Positions 53,812 to 63,279 of a stretch of DNA of 64,000 nucleotides are shown piece after piece. Source of the DNA: Lachnospiraceae bacterium. GTDB taxonomy: Bacteria > Bacillota > Clostridia > Lachnospirales > Lachnospiraceae. The stretch lies in NCBI GenBank assembly GCA_017521985.1, contig JAFXAZ010000035.1, forward strand, positions 625 to 64,624, written 5' to 3'. The position numbers and the translations under genes are program-made. The notes below the pieces were generated by a model, which searched no databases, was not told the DNA's origin, and was given only the letters and a program-made list of their open reading frames with translations. Position 1 is the first letter of the stretch, and the number at the start of each line of letters is the position of its first letter.

Positions 53812-55059
53812 TCAGCTTTGTTTTTTGCAACACTTGAAGGCAAAACCAAACATACATTCCTGTTCCAGCTTCAGATCATGATTCAACATATACTGTATTA
53901 CTTCTGTAAGCTCACCATCTTCTCTTCTTTGCTCCATCATTTTTTGTAAACGCACTTTGTCATTCTCGGATAACTTCCTGCCAAAATCAGCATACTTCTC
54001 CAATGTAGCCCGGTCCATACAAAAACGCATAAACGGTATCTGCGTTCGTTCACACAAATCCCGATAAATCTCAAATCCGCCAGCATCTATATCCCCAAAA
54101 TGTAAATACTGTGCCTTCGGTAGTTTTTCATAAATCATTTTTAACAAGGTACATCTTAAAGAATTATGATATCCACCAAGATAAATCATCAGTGTCTTTT
54201 CCTGGTTCCATCTGAAAAATGTAGTCAGATTCTCAATCGTTAACACGTTCTCAACATCTTCCACATCTTTAAACTGTATTTTACTTATATCATCTCCAGA
54301 AATACCAATTCCCTGCTTAAGCGTCCCTATCTGCAGAGCTTCACCAGAAATATACAACGTCACATTTCCTTTAAAATATACATAGTTCGGTGTATGATAT
54401 ATGCCATATTCTGCCAAAATATCATCCCCATCTTTCTCTGTAAACTCATCACAAAACCTACGCATCACCTTAACGATTTTACTGATGTTCTTTTCAAAAA
54501 ACTTGGTGTCGTGAAAGTTTTTAATTGAAAATTCTCTTACATAGCACTGCTCTGTATTTTGTTCCACCGCATATATGCCTTTCAGCAAGGCTTCGGTTTC
54601 TGAAAGTTTCTCCGTGTCTATAAATTCTTTTACGGACTGGCTATTACGAAGCCTTTCCTCCAAAAATTCCATAAAACGCAGACAAATAGGGGTATCATAT
54701 CTGTCCTTCCACTCGGAAAGTGCTTTTAAATTCGCAGAAAGAATATCCGTCTGGGGCGTCCTTTTCACATAAACATAAATTTCCTTCAGCTTTTCCGGAC
54801 ACAAAATAACTTTTTCCAGAATATGTCCGACTTTCCTCCGTTTCCACACCAGCCGGACATATCCTTTTCTTTCGCATTCTTGCAATAACGCATGTATGTC
54901 TTCATAAACAGCAGAGCTTTCTTCAAAATAAGCCGGCAATGTCTTTTTATTTACCGGAAAACTGATATTTATATTTATTTGATTGTCACCGGTAAACAAT
55001 TTACTGCGTTCATAAGAATCCAACAGCTTATGAAGCACTGCTTTATCATATTGCACCAT
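53812..55059 (-). CDS. jetD: Wadjet JetD (Toprim/topo-VI-like nuclease subunit)
   Basis: C-terminal Toprim-like block YLGGYHNS...YLHFGDIDAGGFEIYRDL. Fourth gene after the SMC-like ATPase. Confidence 0.75.
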   Translation of the reverse strand: MVQYDKAVLHKLLDSYERSKLFTGDNQININISFPVNKKTLPAYFEESSAVYEDIHALLQECERKGYVRLVWKRRKVGHILEKVILCPEKLKEIYVYVKRTPQTDILSANLKALSEWKDRYDTPICLRFMEFLEERLRNSQSVKEFIDTEKLSETEALLKGIYAVEQNTEQCYVREFSIKNFHDTKFFEKNISKIVKVMRRFCDEFTEKDGDDILAEYGIYHTPNYVYFKGNVTLYISGEALQIGTLKQGIGISGDDISKIQFKDVEDVENVLTIENLTTFFRWNQEKTLMIYLGGYHNSLRCTLLKMIYEKLPKAQYLHFGDIDAGGFEIYRDLCERTQIPFMRFCMDRATLEKYADFGRKLSENDKVRLQKMMEQRREDGELTEVIQYMLNHDLKLEQECMFGFAFKCCKKQS

Positions 55060-58000
55060 TATAGTACCTCTCAGCAAAGCTGACCTTTTCATCTGTCATA
55101 ACCAAAAGTGTGCCCTCTACGTGCGGACTGATATACTGAATCTTATCCGGCGGTGCTGCAATAATAATCTGTAGAGGGAGTCTGCGCAAAAACTCCAGCA
55201 CACCTCCTATTCGCTCGTCGTCCATATTGTTAAAGGCTTCATCAAACATCACCAGGCCTATTGCCTCTCCGCCGATATTATTGCGGTACAGCTGCACAAA
55301 AGAAGCTGCTACCGTCACATAGAACGGAGTCTGGGTTTCTCCGCCACTCTTTTCCTCACATACCTTGGAGTAATAAGAGAAGCTGCCATCTGTGTGACTG
55401 ATTTTAATATCGTAGTCCATATACGTACGGTAATCGGTAAATTCATCCAGCGCTCTTGTATCGTTTTCACCATCCAATGCCAGCTTATCAAACAGCTCGT
55501 CGATCACTTCCTTATGATTTTCATGGAAAATTCCAGAGAAAATAGACTCTCCTTGCACTGCATTGAAATCGTCCATAATCATATCATAATACTGTTTATA
55601 GTGCTTGCTGGCACTATAAGTAAATTCATATCGCTCATTGCTGAATACAATATCCTTCAGAGCCTTATTCAAATCCTTGAACTCATCCTGTGCATTCTTC
55701 ATATTTTCCTGAAGCTTTGCCAAAAACTGCTCTCTGAATTCCTCTTCTGCACTTTGTCTGGCGGATTCCACCTTCTCTTCATACTTCAAAAGTTCAGAGT
55801 TTACTAATCGTTCATATACAAGAGCAAACTCCGGGTAACCTTCCATGGAAGGGGCCGCGCCAAAGTCATGAGCCGTTTTATATGCCACCATAGCTTGAAC
55901 CATTTGCGTTTTTGCATTATCGATAATTGTCATATTGGCCTTCTTACGTCTGGCATAATTATCGCGAAACTGTTCATAGCTTTTATCCGAAGTCTGCTTT
56001 TCGTATTCACTGTTCCATGCCGACAGCCTGTCTCCCGCCTGCTCGCCAAGAAATACAAAGGCAGTCTGCTTTTCCAGAAATACACCCTGCTGATGCTCTG
56101 TGCTCTCCTCAATGTTTCGTAGCTTTTCTTCAATATTGCCGATATTACGGTCTCTCTTACTGATTTCTTCCTCTAAATCCTTTAAAAGAGCCTCTAAAGC
56201 ATCCAACTGCAGACGCTTTTGCAACACGTTGGAGTTTTTTTCTAACGTCGCAATATTGGCTTTGCAGTGCTGTATTTCCAATTGTACTACACGCATTTTG
56301 CCAATTACATCCACCTTATACCAAATATCCAAATCAACATCTGTTTCCAGTGGCTGCAATACATACTCTAAATTATTCGCCTGCTCTGTAAGCTTTTGAA
56401 TCCTTAATGACAACTGTTCCCGCTGCGCTTTTGCCTGCATAAGCTGAACCTTTGCCGCCTCACGCCCTATGTAAGGCTTTTTATAAATCTCCGGCTTAAT
56501 GGCACTTGCTACATGATTTTGATATCGCATACACTCGCGGGTAATAGACGTCGGATATTGCTTTAACTGCTGGTAATGGTCACACATCTGTACCTTACCC
56601 AGTATCATATTGATATAACGCTTGGCATATTTATTTTTGGAGGTAACCACAGTAGCCAAGGTGCCCTCCGGTGCCTTTTCATATTTGTCAAGCTTCTGGG
56701 GATTGATTAGACCTACGCCATACACCTTTCCCTCTTTACGAAGCTTATCATAAATCCCCAAAGCAATATCAAACCCTTCCGGGTCTACCAGTACATAAAA
56801 TCTCTGTGTGTTCAAATAACCTTCTACTGCATTTTTCCAGCTTTCATCTGTAACCTCCAACAATTCACACAATATTCTCGGTTCACTCTTTCTGCCGATT
56901 CCTGCAAATTCCGCTTTGGTCGTTTCCATTAAGCGAAGTACTTCCTCCGCATAAGGAAGTCGGTCCTTCTGCAATTGTTCGATTTTTCGGTCTAATTCCA
57001 GACGTTCGGATTTCAAATTTTCCAAATCAATCTGAACCGCAGCCATTTTCATCCGAACCTTTTCATACATGAGTTTCTTGTAATCAATCACACATCTGGT
57101 AATTCTTTTTACTTCAGCAATATCCTGCATGCGCTCAATATCCTGCAATGCACTCCTATATTCCCTGATACAGCCATCGGTATCTTTTACCTCCAGCAAT
57201 TTGTCTGCCTGCTTCATGGCATTTCTTAGGCTCAGCATGAAATCCTGCTTTTCTTCCTTTAATTCCTTTGCTTTATCTTCCAGCTTTGCCAATTGTTTTT
57301 TCTGGTCATCCAGCGCAAGAAAATCCTTGTCCTGTGCAAGCTCTGCCCAAATATTATCACGAATGCTCTGTTTTTCCTCTTTTTCCTTCTTTACTACATC
57401 TAAGGCTTTACGCTGCTCCTCTAGACGTAACTGCTCCTCCTTTACTCTGCGATGCAGGTCTGAAAGCATTGTTTTCACGGCATCTGCTTCTGCACGAGCC
57501 AAATAATAATCGTAGGTTTTATCCTTTTCCAGACCGTCTACTACCTGTGCATGCAGATTTTCAATACCTTCCAACTTGCGGATACGCTCTTTTACACTAT
57601 CCAAGGTTCTCTGTAAATCCTGATAGCTTCGCACATTTTCTCGCAAAATATCCACATTTACTTCTTTTTCATCCAACACATAAGAGTACACAAAGTCCTT
57701 GATATCTTTAATCGGTCGAAAGGCCATGGCCTTAGGAATCAAATGGAAAAATTTCTCTTCAATCCTGCCGAATCGGGACTGTACCATGCTTTTGGCTTCC
57801 TTATCTGTTTTACACAACTTGGTAATCTGCTTCGCGTTGGTCGTTCTGAACTGCGTAATGGACTTCGGTGTTTTACCCACAAAGAACAATTCATCCGACA
57901 ATCGAACTCCATCCATCAGATAACGTACCACGGTCTCCTGTCCTTCTGTAGCCGAGTCAATCACCGCACCCACTATAAAATATCGTTTCTTACTTTCCTC

Positions 58001-58288
58001 AAAAAATTCCAACGCAACATGAGCACTGATTTCACCGGTTCTTTCATAAGGCTTATTTTCCCTACCTGTTTTACAACGGATGTAACCGGTCAACTTACGC
58101 TTTCCGTTTTCGTGGGCAGCCTTATTAAAAGAGCCGGAAGAACACGTTACCACAAACTGAATTGCGTCCAATAATGTAGACTTTCCGGCGCCGTTTTCCC
58201 CTGACAAAAGAGTAGAAGTATCTAATTCAATACACGCATTACTAAAACGATGCCAGTTAATCAATCTCACTCTCATCAGCTTCTTCAT
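55046..58288 (-). CDS. jetC: Wadjet JetC (SMC/MukB-like ABC ATPase with a long coiled coil)
   Basis: Walker A LSGENGAGKSTLLDAIQF, ~800 aa of coiled coil, signature SGGE, Walker B LVMFDEAFNNMD. The start is ambiguous (58288 or 58276). Confidence 0.85.
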   Translation of the reverse strand: MKKLMRVRLINWHRFSNACIELDTSTLLSGENGAGKSTLLDAIQFVVTCSSGSFNKAAHENGKRKLTGYIRCKTGRENKPYERTGEISAHVALEFFEESKKRYFIVGAVIDSATEGQETVVRYLMDGVRLSDELFFVGKTPKSITQFRTTNAKQITKLCKTDKEAKSMVQSRFGRIEEKFFHLIPKAMAFRPIKDIKDFVYSYVLDEKEVNVDILRENVRSYQDLQRTLDSVKERIRKLEGIENLHAQVVDGLEKDKTYDYYLARAEADAVKTMLSDLHRRVKEEQLRLEEQRKALDVVKKEKEEKQSIRDNIWAELAQDKDFLALDDQKKQLAKLEDKAKELKEEKQDFMLSLRNAMKQADKLLEVKDTDGCIREYRSALQDIERMQDIAEVKRITRCVIDYKKLMYEKVRMKMAAVQIDLENLKSERLELDRKIEQLQKDRLPYAEEVLRLMETTKAEFAGIGRKSEPRILCELLEVTDESWKNAVEGYLNTQRFYVLVDPEGFDIALGIYDKLRKEGKVYGVGLINPQKLDKYEKAPEGTLATVVTSKNKYAKRYINMILGKVQMCDHYQQLKQYPTSITRECMRYQNHVASAIKPEIYKKPYIGREAAKVQLMQAKAQREQLSLRIQKLTEQANNLEYVLQPLETDVDLDIWYKVDVIGKMRVVQLEIQHCKANIATLEKNSNVLQKRLQLDALEALLKDLEEEISKRDRNIGNIEEKLRNIEESTEHQQGVFLEKQTAFVFLGEQAGDRLSAWNSEYEKQTSDKSYEQFRDNYARRKKANMTIIDNAKTQMVQAMVAYKTAHDFGAAPSMEGYPEFALVYERLVNSELLKYEEKVESARQSAEEEFREQFLAKLQENMKNAQDEFKDLNKALKDIVFSNERYEFTYSASKHYKQYYDMIMDDFNAVQGESIFSGIFHENHKEVIDELFDKLALDGENDTRALDEFTDYRTYMDYDIKISHTDGSFSYYSKVCEEKSGGETQTPFYVTVAASFVQLYRNNIGGEAIGLVMFDEAFNNMDDERIGGVLEFLRRLPLQIIIAAPPDKIQYISPHVEGTLLVMTDEKVSFAERYYNGAI

Positions 58289-58880
58289 CGCTCTTTTTCC
58301 CCTTTCTGTAGATTTCCAGCTTGTCATAGGCTGCTTTAATATCTTCGACACGAACCGCCATTAATATGGATGCAAAAATAATAATCCTGGAATCCTCTGC
58401 ATCCAGATTTTTATCCAAAATTTCTATCAACTGAAACCTGCGAAATACACCCAAGGCATTACGCAGCGTTGTTTTGTCGATCATTTTATCTCTGATTTTC
58501 AGGCTCAGATACTTGTCATGAATATCTCCCACATTAATAATTACCTCATCACTGGCAGAAAGTTCTCTACGCTTTTCATCATACAAAACACGCAAAATCA
58601 AAAGTATGATAGACTCGTATAGCTTTAAATTCAGACGATTATAATTTTGAGGATTCGTAAGCTGAATCACGCCATACTCCTCATTAATCTCCAGCCTGTA
58701 TCCCAGAACAGCAAGATACTCCGCAAATTTTTCTTTATATTTCAGCACAAAATAATAATCAGACTTGCTGTTAACATTGCTCTTACATAAAAAGCAGTTG
58801 CTCAAAAGACGGTTACACAATCTGGTAAACTCATCTCTATCCTTTTGAAGCATTCCACTAAATAAATTCACGCTTTCCAT
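58257..58880 (-). CDS. jetB: Wadjet JetB (MukE/MksE-like, DUF4194-like)
   Basis: ~200-aa acidic-tailed protein between the kleisin-like and SMC-like genes. ...YYFVLKYKEKFAEYLAVLGYRLEINEEYGVIQL. Confidence 0.7.
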   Translation of the reverse strand: MESVNLFSGMLQKDRDEFTRLCNRLLSNCFLCKSNVNSKSDYYFVLKYKEKFAEYLAVLGYRLEINEEYGVIQLTNPQNYNRLNLKLYESIILLILRVLYDEKRRELSASDEVIINVGDIHDKYLSLKIRDKMIDKTTLRNALGVFRRFQLIEILDKNLDAEDSRIIIFASILMAVRVEDIKAAYDKLEIYRKGKKSDEEADESEID

Positions 58881-58893
58881 AGCACTCTCCGTT

Positions 58894-60288
58894 CTACTTT
58901 TTCTCTTTGCTATCCTTTAACCGAATACGAAAATCCTTAAAACGATATCCGTTTACAACCTTTTCTTCCAGAGCCTCAATACAATAGCACATATGCTTTC
59001 TTTGCCCGTAAAGTCTAGTATAAATAATCTTCACAAAATCTTCTACCGTCGCGAGCGGCAATTCAGATGCACACGCTTCCTTCCGTGCTCCCAGCTGCTC
59101 CAGGATATATGTATCGATTTTCTGAGGATTCATCACGCATTGCATTTTTTCCATCATCCGCATCAGCTTCTGCTTGCGAAGCTCCTCATCCGGCTCTTCC
59201 ACATCCAATTGCTCCGGCTTGAATTCCTTTTTGCCTTCAATCGGAGAATACAGAGATTTTTCATCTATGACAGACACACTGTACAGACGAACTAATTCCT
59301 CCAGGAAATCCACCCGGTAAATTCCACCAATATCCATGCTCTGACTGTTCATTTCCTCGCCAATGCCCACCAGAATTTCCTTCAACTGCCCCCGAATATC
59401 CTCACTTCCCGTCAACAAAAACTTGGCGCGGTTAATGGCAGCCTTCTGATATTGCGTGTTTTTGCGCTTGATTTCCTCCAGAATATCATCCATGCTTTGG
59501 AACACTGCAACAATATCGTGAATATACTGATAAACAAGCTCCTCTGCTGCTTCCGTGGATATTTCCTTGATTTCCGCCAGCTCCGCAGCCGCTTTATTTA
59601 CAAAGCTTTTATTGCGACTTTTACTCTCTAACCGCTCTACGATTTCCGGTCGGAACTTGGATACATTATCTGAAGTCAGCAAACGATGATATGCCTTGTC
59701 CACGATATTGGTAATATAATCATTAAATAAGACATCCATTATTTCTGCCACAGTCTTATGCTTTGTAAGCTCATCAATGTAGTGTTTGATATTGGAATTC
59801 AGATTTTTTAGTCCCGTAATCAGTAGGTCGGTATTCTCAAGAATTTGCATCAGCATTATGCCAGGATGCTCCGTGGCACTGCGCACAATACTGTAAATAG
59901 TATAAATATACCCCTGATATTCTACCTGTCTGCCTTCCTGAATTTCCGTCAAGGTCTTGATAACCTTAACCGCATACTCTTTAAAATTCACACGTTGCAC
60001 GTAACTTTTGTCTGTTTCAATCTCTATCCAACCATAAAACTCTAAACGCCTCAGCATCCAATTAGCTTTGTTTCGGCTGCTGTCGCTTTCCACGTCCTCT
60101 CCAATAAGTTCTGCACTGTTTGTGCTTTCGAAATAATACTGCAGCTCCTCCACCAGTACATCTCTCTGCACACCAAAAGAAAGCTGATGTTCCATAATGG
60201 AAAACAGCTTGCAGATACATTCCCAATATACAGTTTTATTTGGTGATGCCAAAGGCACAAAAAAATTCTCCGAAATAGTACGAAACAT
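58894..60288 (-). CDS. jetA: Wadjet JetA (MukF/MksF kleisin-like)
   Basis: 464-aa first gene of the operon. Call rests on position and size; no sharp motif was recognised. Confidence 0.65.
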   Translation of the reverse strand: MFRTISENFFVPLASPNKTVYWECICKLFSIMEHQLSFGVQRDVLVEELQYYFESTNSAELIGEDVESDSSRNKANWMLRRLEFYGWIEIETDKSYVQRVNFKEYAVKVIKTLTEIQEGRQVEYQGYIYTIYSIVRSATEHPGIMLMQILENTDLLITGLKNLNSNIKHYIDELTKHKTVAEIMDVLFNDYITNIVDKAYHRLLTSDNVSKFRPEIVERLESKSRNKSFVNKAAAELAEIKEISTEAAEELVYQYIHDIVAVFQSMDDILEEIKRKNTQYQKAAINRAKFLLTGSEDIRGQLKEILVGIGEEMNSQSMDIGGIYRVDFLEELVRLYSVSVIDEKSLYSPIEGKKEFKPEQLDVEEPDEELRKQKLMRMMEKMQCVMNPQKIDTYILEQLGARKEACASELPLATVEDFVKIIYTRLYGQRKHMCYCIEALEEKVVNGYRFKDFRIRLKDSKEKK

Positions 60289-60394
60289 AGAAATGTCGTC
60301 TTTCTAATCATATTATTTTAAAGCCACAATACCCAAACGATACAGTGGCTTATTGTTTCATTATTTATTTTTCCTGTAGTATACTACAATTTTG

Positions 60395-60423
60395 ATTGTA
60401 CCTTGTGTTTTCAGGACTGTCAA
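60395..60423 (-). promoter_or_regulatory. Consensus sigma-A promoter upstream of jetA
   Basis: The minus strand reads TTGACA (60423-60418), 17 nt, TACAAT (60400-60395), about 100 nt upstream of the jetA ATG. The 5' UTR contains the hairpin AAGCCAC...GTGGCTT (60321-60351). Confidence 0.7.
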
Positions 60424-60459
60424 CTAATTGTGCCAAAAATCCTCACAAAACGTTACAAC

Positions 60460-61010
60460 CTAAGACATCTTAGATTTCAATTCTTCTTCGGTCATACTCA
60501 AACGCTTTGCAGCTTCCGCCATAGAAATCACTCCATCCTTCAACAAGCCAATGCACATATCCACTGCACCTTCCTTAATGTTGGTATCTTATACCGTAGT
60601 TGCCCACCCGGTTTCATTATATGTACAATTAGTTCCTTGGGGGTCTTTCGCGTTCCGGTTAGATACAACACCGTGGACCGCGGAAGCTCCATGTTACACA
60701 TATCGCCTTCCAGCAAGTGATTTTCCAACGCAATCAATACACCATACTCTGCCATTCGTGAAGGCATCCGTTTATCATTCTGACTTTGACACTCAAAATG
60801 AAGCCTCTCTTGACGTGACTCTTCCTGCACATCCACTACTAAATGGGTATCCGTTACCCGCTTCTTCACACCTCCTTTTTGCTCCTGATGATAATGCTCG
60901 TCACTGCCAAATACCACTTTTTCCCCACCTGTATAGCTTGTCCCATGCGCTTCATTCGCTACCGCCAAGCAGTTGCACAAGAAGCCCTTATTTCGCAAAA
61001 AAACAACCAT
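60460..61010 (-). pseudogene. Rpn/PD-(D/E)XK transposase-like gene fragment (N-terminally truncated, frameshifted near the 3' end)
   Basis: ...RLHFECQSQNDKRMPSRMAEY... matches the intact neighbour (RYHFECQSTPDS..). The frame switches near 60545 to ...IKEGAVDMCIGLLKDGVISMAEAAKRLSMTEEELKSKMS*. Confidence 0.5.
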
Positions 61011-61084
61011 ATCAAACGATACAGTGGCTTTGCTGACTTATTTACGTTACCCGCGGAAGCGTTAGATAACTCATTTCACAATTT

Positions 61085-62017
61085 TTACGGAAGTAACAAC
61101 GTCTCCTGCGCTGATTTATAGTCGTCCATATTTAACTTCAACAACTCACATGCCTTCTCTGCAGTGATACCCATCGACTGCATAAGATTCCGCACCATTT
61201 CCTTACGACCCTCTGCACGTCCCTCTGCACGCCCCGTATTCAATATCGTCTTCGCCGGATAATCTAATAATACTCCTCCCATAATCGCCTCTATTCCTTT
61301 CTTGATTACTTCATATTTTTCTAAACAATGCTCTACTACCTTCAAAACCATGCTGGCAAGCATGTTTCTTTCGTATTCGTTCAACTCTCCGGATTTAACC
61401 ATTTCCTCCAGATAAACTGCAATTCTTTTGTATTCCTTTATTATTTTTTCTCTTTCCATTTCGTCTTCATCGCACACCTTGAATCGATTTTCGTGTACTA
61501 AAATGTAGAATGGAATTAATAAAAATAGTCTTTTTTCAAAGATTTTGTCTAAAGAATAATTTTTCAATTTCATAACACGCACTTCCTGAAGCACACGCCC
61601 CTGGCTGGTTTCTACGTAAATATGCATAATATCAGGGGTATTCCGCGTATGTCGCAGAAAAAGCACCGCAGACTGCGGATACCGCGCCGTCAGCTTGTCC
61701 ACTTCCAAAGAATTGTCCCAAAAAGCAACCTGGCTGTCATACTGATACATGCGCAGCAGCATGGTGCTGTCCGGTGTACTTTGGCACTCAAAATGGTATC
61801 TTTTCTCAGGCTTGCCCTTAATCATAAAATAACTATCCGTGTCAAGCTCCTTGATTTCCTCTGGTGTATTTATGTAGTGTTCATCCTGTAAGTGCACAAG
61901 TTCCTCATCTCCTCGGTATCCCTCCTGATACAACGCATTAATCGCAGGAAGAATCATTCTTCTGCTGTCGTGAATAGTCGTCTTAAACACGCTGTCGTAT
62001 ATTGTACTTTGCTGCAT
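61085..62017 (-). CDS. Rpn-family recombination-promoting nuclease / putative transposase (apparently intact)
   Basis: STIYDSVFKTTIHDS..., nuclease core D...YHFECQS, C-terminal repeat GRAEGRAEGRKE. Start taken at M31 of the ORF. Confidence 0.6.
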   Translation of the reverse strand: MQQSTIYDSVFKTTIHDSRRMILPAINALYQEGYRGDEELVHLQDEHYINTPEEIKELDTDSYFMIKGKPEKRYHFECQSTPDSTMLLRMYQYDSQVAFWDNSLEVDKLTARYPQSAVLFLRHTRNTPDIMHIYVETSQGRVLQEVRVMKLKNYSLDKIFEKRLFLLIPFYILVHENRFKVCDEDEMEREKIIKEYKRIAVYLEEMVKSGELNEYERNMLASMVLKVVEHCLEKYEVIKKGIEAIMGGVLLDYPAKTILNTGRAEGRAEGRKEMVRNLMQSMGITAEKACELLKLNMDDYKSAQETLLLP

Positions 62018-62183
62018 ATCCTTACGGCTCCTTCTGATTATTCGAAGGATTTTGTCAAAAAATATCCCTCTATTACGTATATGCATAAGGAAGCCTTTTC
62101 GTCGCACTTTTTTTCACGATTTTACAAAAATTTAAGAATTAGTCGATATATCGTCTAATTTCCTTCGTTGATTTATACTTGTC

Positions 62184-62375
62184 CTAGGACATCTTGGATT
62201 TCAGTTCTTCCTCGGTCATGCTCAAACGCTTTGCAGCTTCCGCCATAGAAATGTCTTCGTATATCTTTTGTAATTCACTGAGTGCCTCCTCACTTTTATT
62301 ATAACCTATCATTCGGTTTTTGTATACCAAAATATAAAAAGGAATTAAAAAAAACAACTTTCGTTCTACCAGCTC
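62184..62375 (-). pseudogene. 3' remnant (~60 codons) of another Rpn-family gene
   Basis: Translation gives ELVERKLFFLIPFYILVYKNR...ISMAEAAKRLSMTEEELKSKMS*. Compare KRLFLLIPFYILVHENR in the intact copy. Confidence 0.45.
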
Positions 62376-62548
62376 CTATATATCGTCCAAATTCCGAAAA
62401 AAAACCACCATATCAAACGATACAGTGGCTTATTGTGTTATTATTTATTTCTTTACCGTAGTTCCTCTCACATGAAGTCTTGGTTTATATTCCATATACA
62501 CCGGTGGTTCCTCTGTGGAAAAACTCTTCATTTTTTCCTGTAGGATAC

Positions 62549-63205
62549 TTAGTCCCACCTTACATCCATGGAACCGCAGATTGCCATATCTTCCGGAATA
62601 CGAATGCCCCTCTGATTCAGCACGCTGATGCATCCCATAGCCGTCATATCATTCACTGCAATGATTGCAGTACACTGTGGATACTTCTCTAAAAGCTCCT
62701 CCGTCATTTGAGCGCCGCAGTCATACTCATATGTGCTTTCTAATCCTTCATTCTCATTGTCGGAAACCAAAACACGAAGATGTTCTCCTAATCCCGCTTC
62801 TTCCATACAGGAGGAAATACCATCCAAACGCTTTCTTCTTGCTTCTGTCATATTCGTAAACGGAGTAGAAATATACGCAATCTCCTTATGTCCCAAGGAC
62901 AGCAAATGCTCTGTGGCCATCTGACCTGCTGTATAACTGTTCAAGCTTACCGTATCTACATCCACGCCCGGCATCTTTTCACCTACAATAACCGTCGGCA
63001 TATCTTCCGGTATAGGAATCTTAGGAGTAAATAAGCTTAGTACTCCCTGTGCGCCTATACTTCTTAAATAATTGTAGCTCTGTATCTCGCCACTCTCACT
63101 ACGCATGGTGTTTTGCATAACAACCGTAAGTCCCAGCGACTGCGCATAAATCTCTACATTTTGTACCAAGAATGGATAATATAAATTAGACAAACCTTCC
63201 TGCAA
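62549..63205 (-). pseudogene. Internal fragment of a LacI-family regulator (sugar-binding domain only; HTH and C-terminal end missing)
   Basis: Periplasmic-binding-fold blocks ...GVLSLF..., LGHKEIAYIS and AIIAVNDMTAMGCISVLNQRGIRIPEDMAI. There is no N-terminal HTH. Both edges abut repeat modules. Confidence 0.6.
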
Positions 63206-63210
63206 TTTTG

Positions 63211-63239
63211 ATTGTACCTTTTGTCTCCAGGAATGTCAA
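63211..63239 (-). promoter_or_regulatory. Second copy of the consensus promoter, firing into the LacI fragment
   Basis: The minus strand reads TTGACA (63239-63234), 17 nt, TACAAT (63216-63211). It lies within a 42-nt repeat shared with 60387-60428. Confidence 0.6.
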
Positions 63240-63279
63240 CTAATATTTACTAATATAACATTTCCCAACTCCTGAAACA

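Noticed and set aside
55394-58174. Multiple 80-145-aa plus-strand ORFs within jetC
   Set aside because: They are antisense to the long coiled-coil region. AT-rich, Lys/Glu-codon-rich genes often leave long open antisense frames. They have no independent support.
60551-61036. 161-aa plus-strand ORF
   Set aside because: It is antisense to the Rpn-like pseudogene fragment. It is Pro/Ser/Leu-rich with no RBS.
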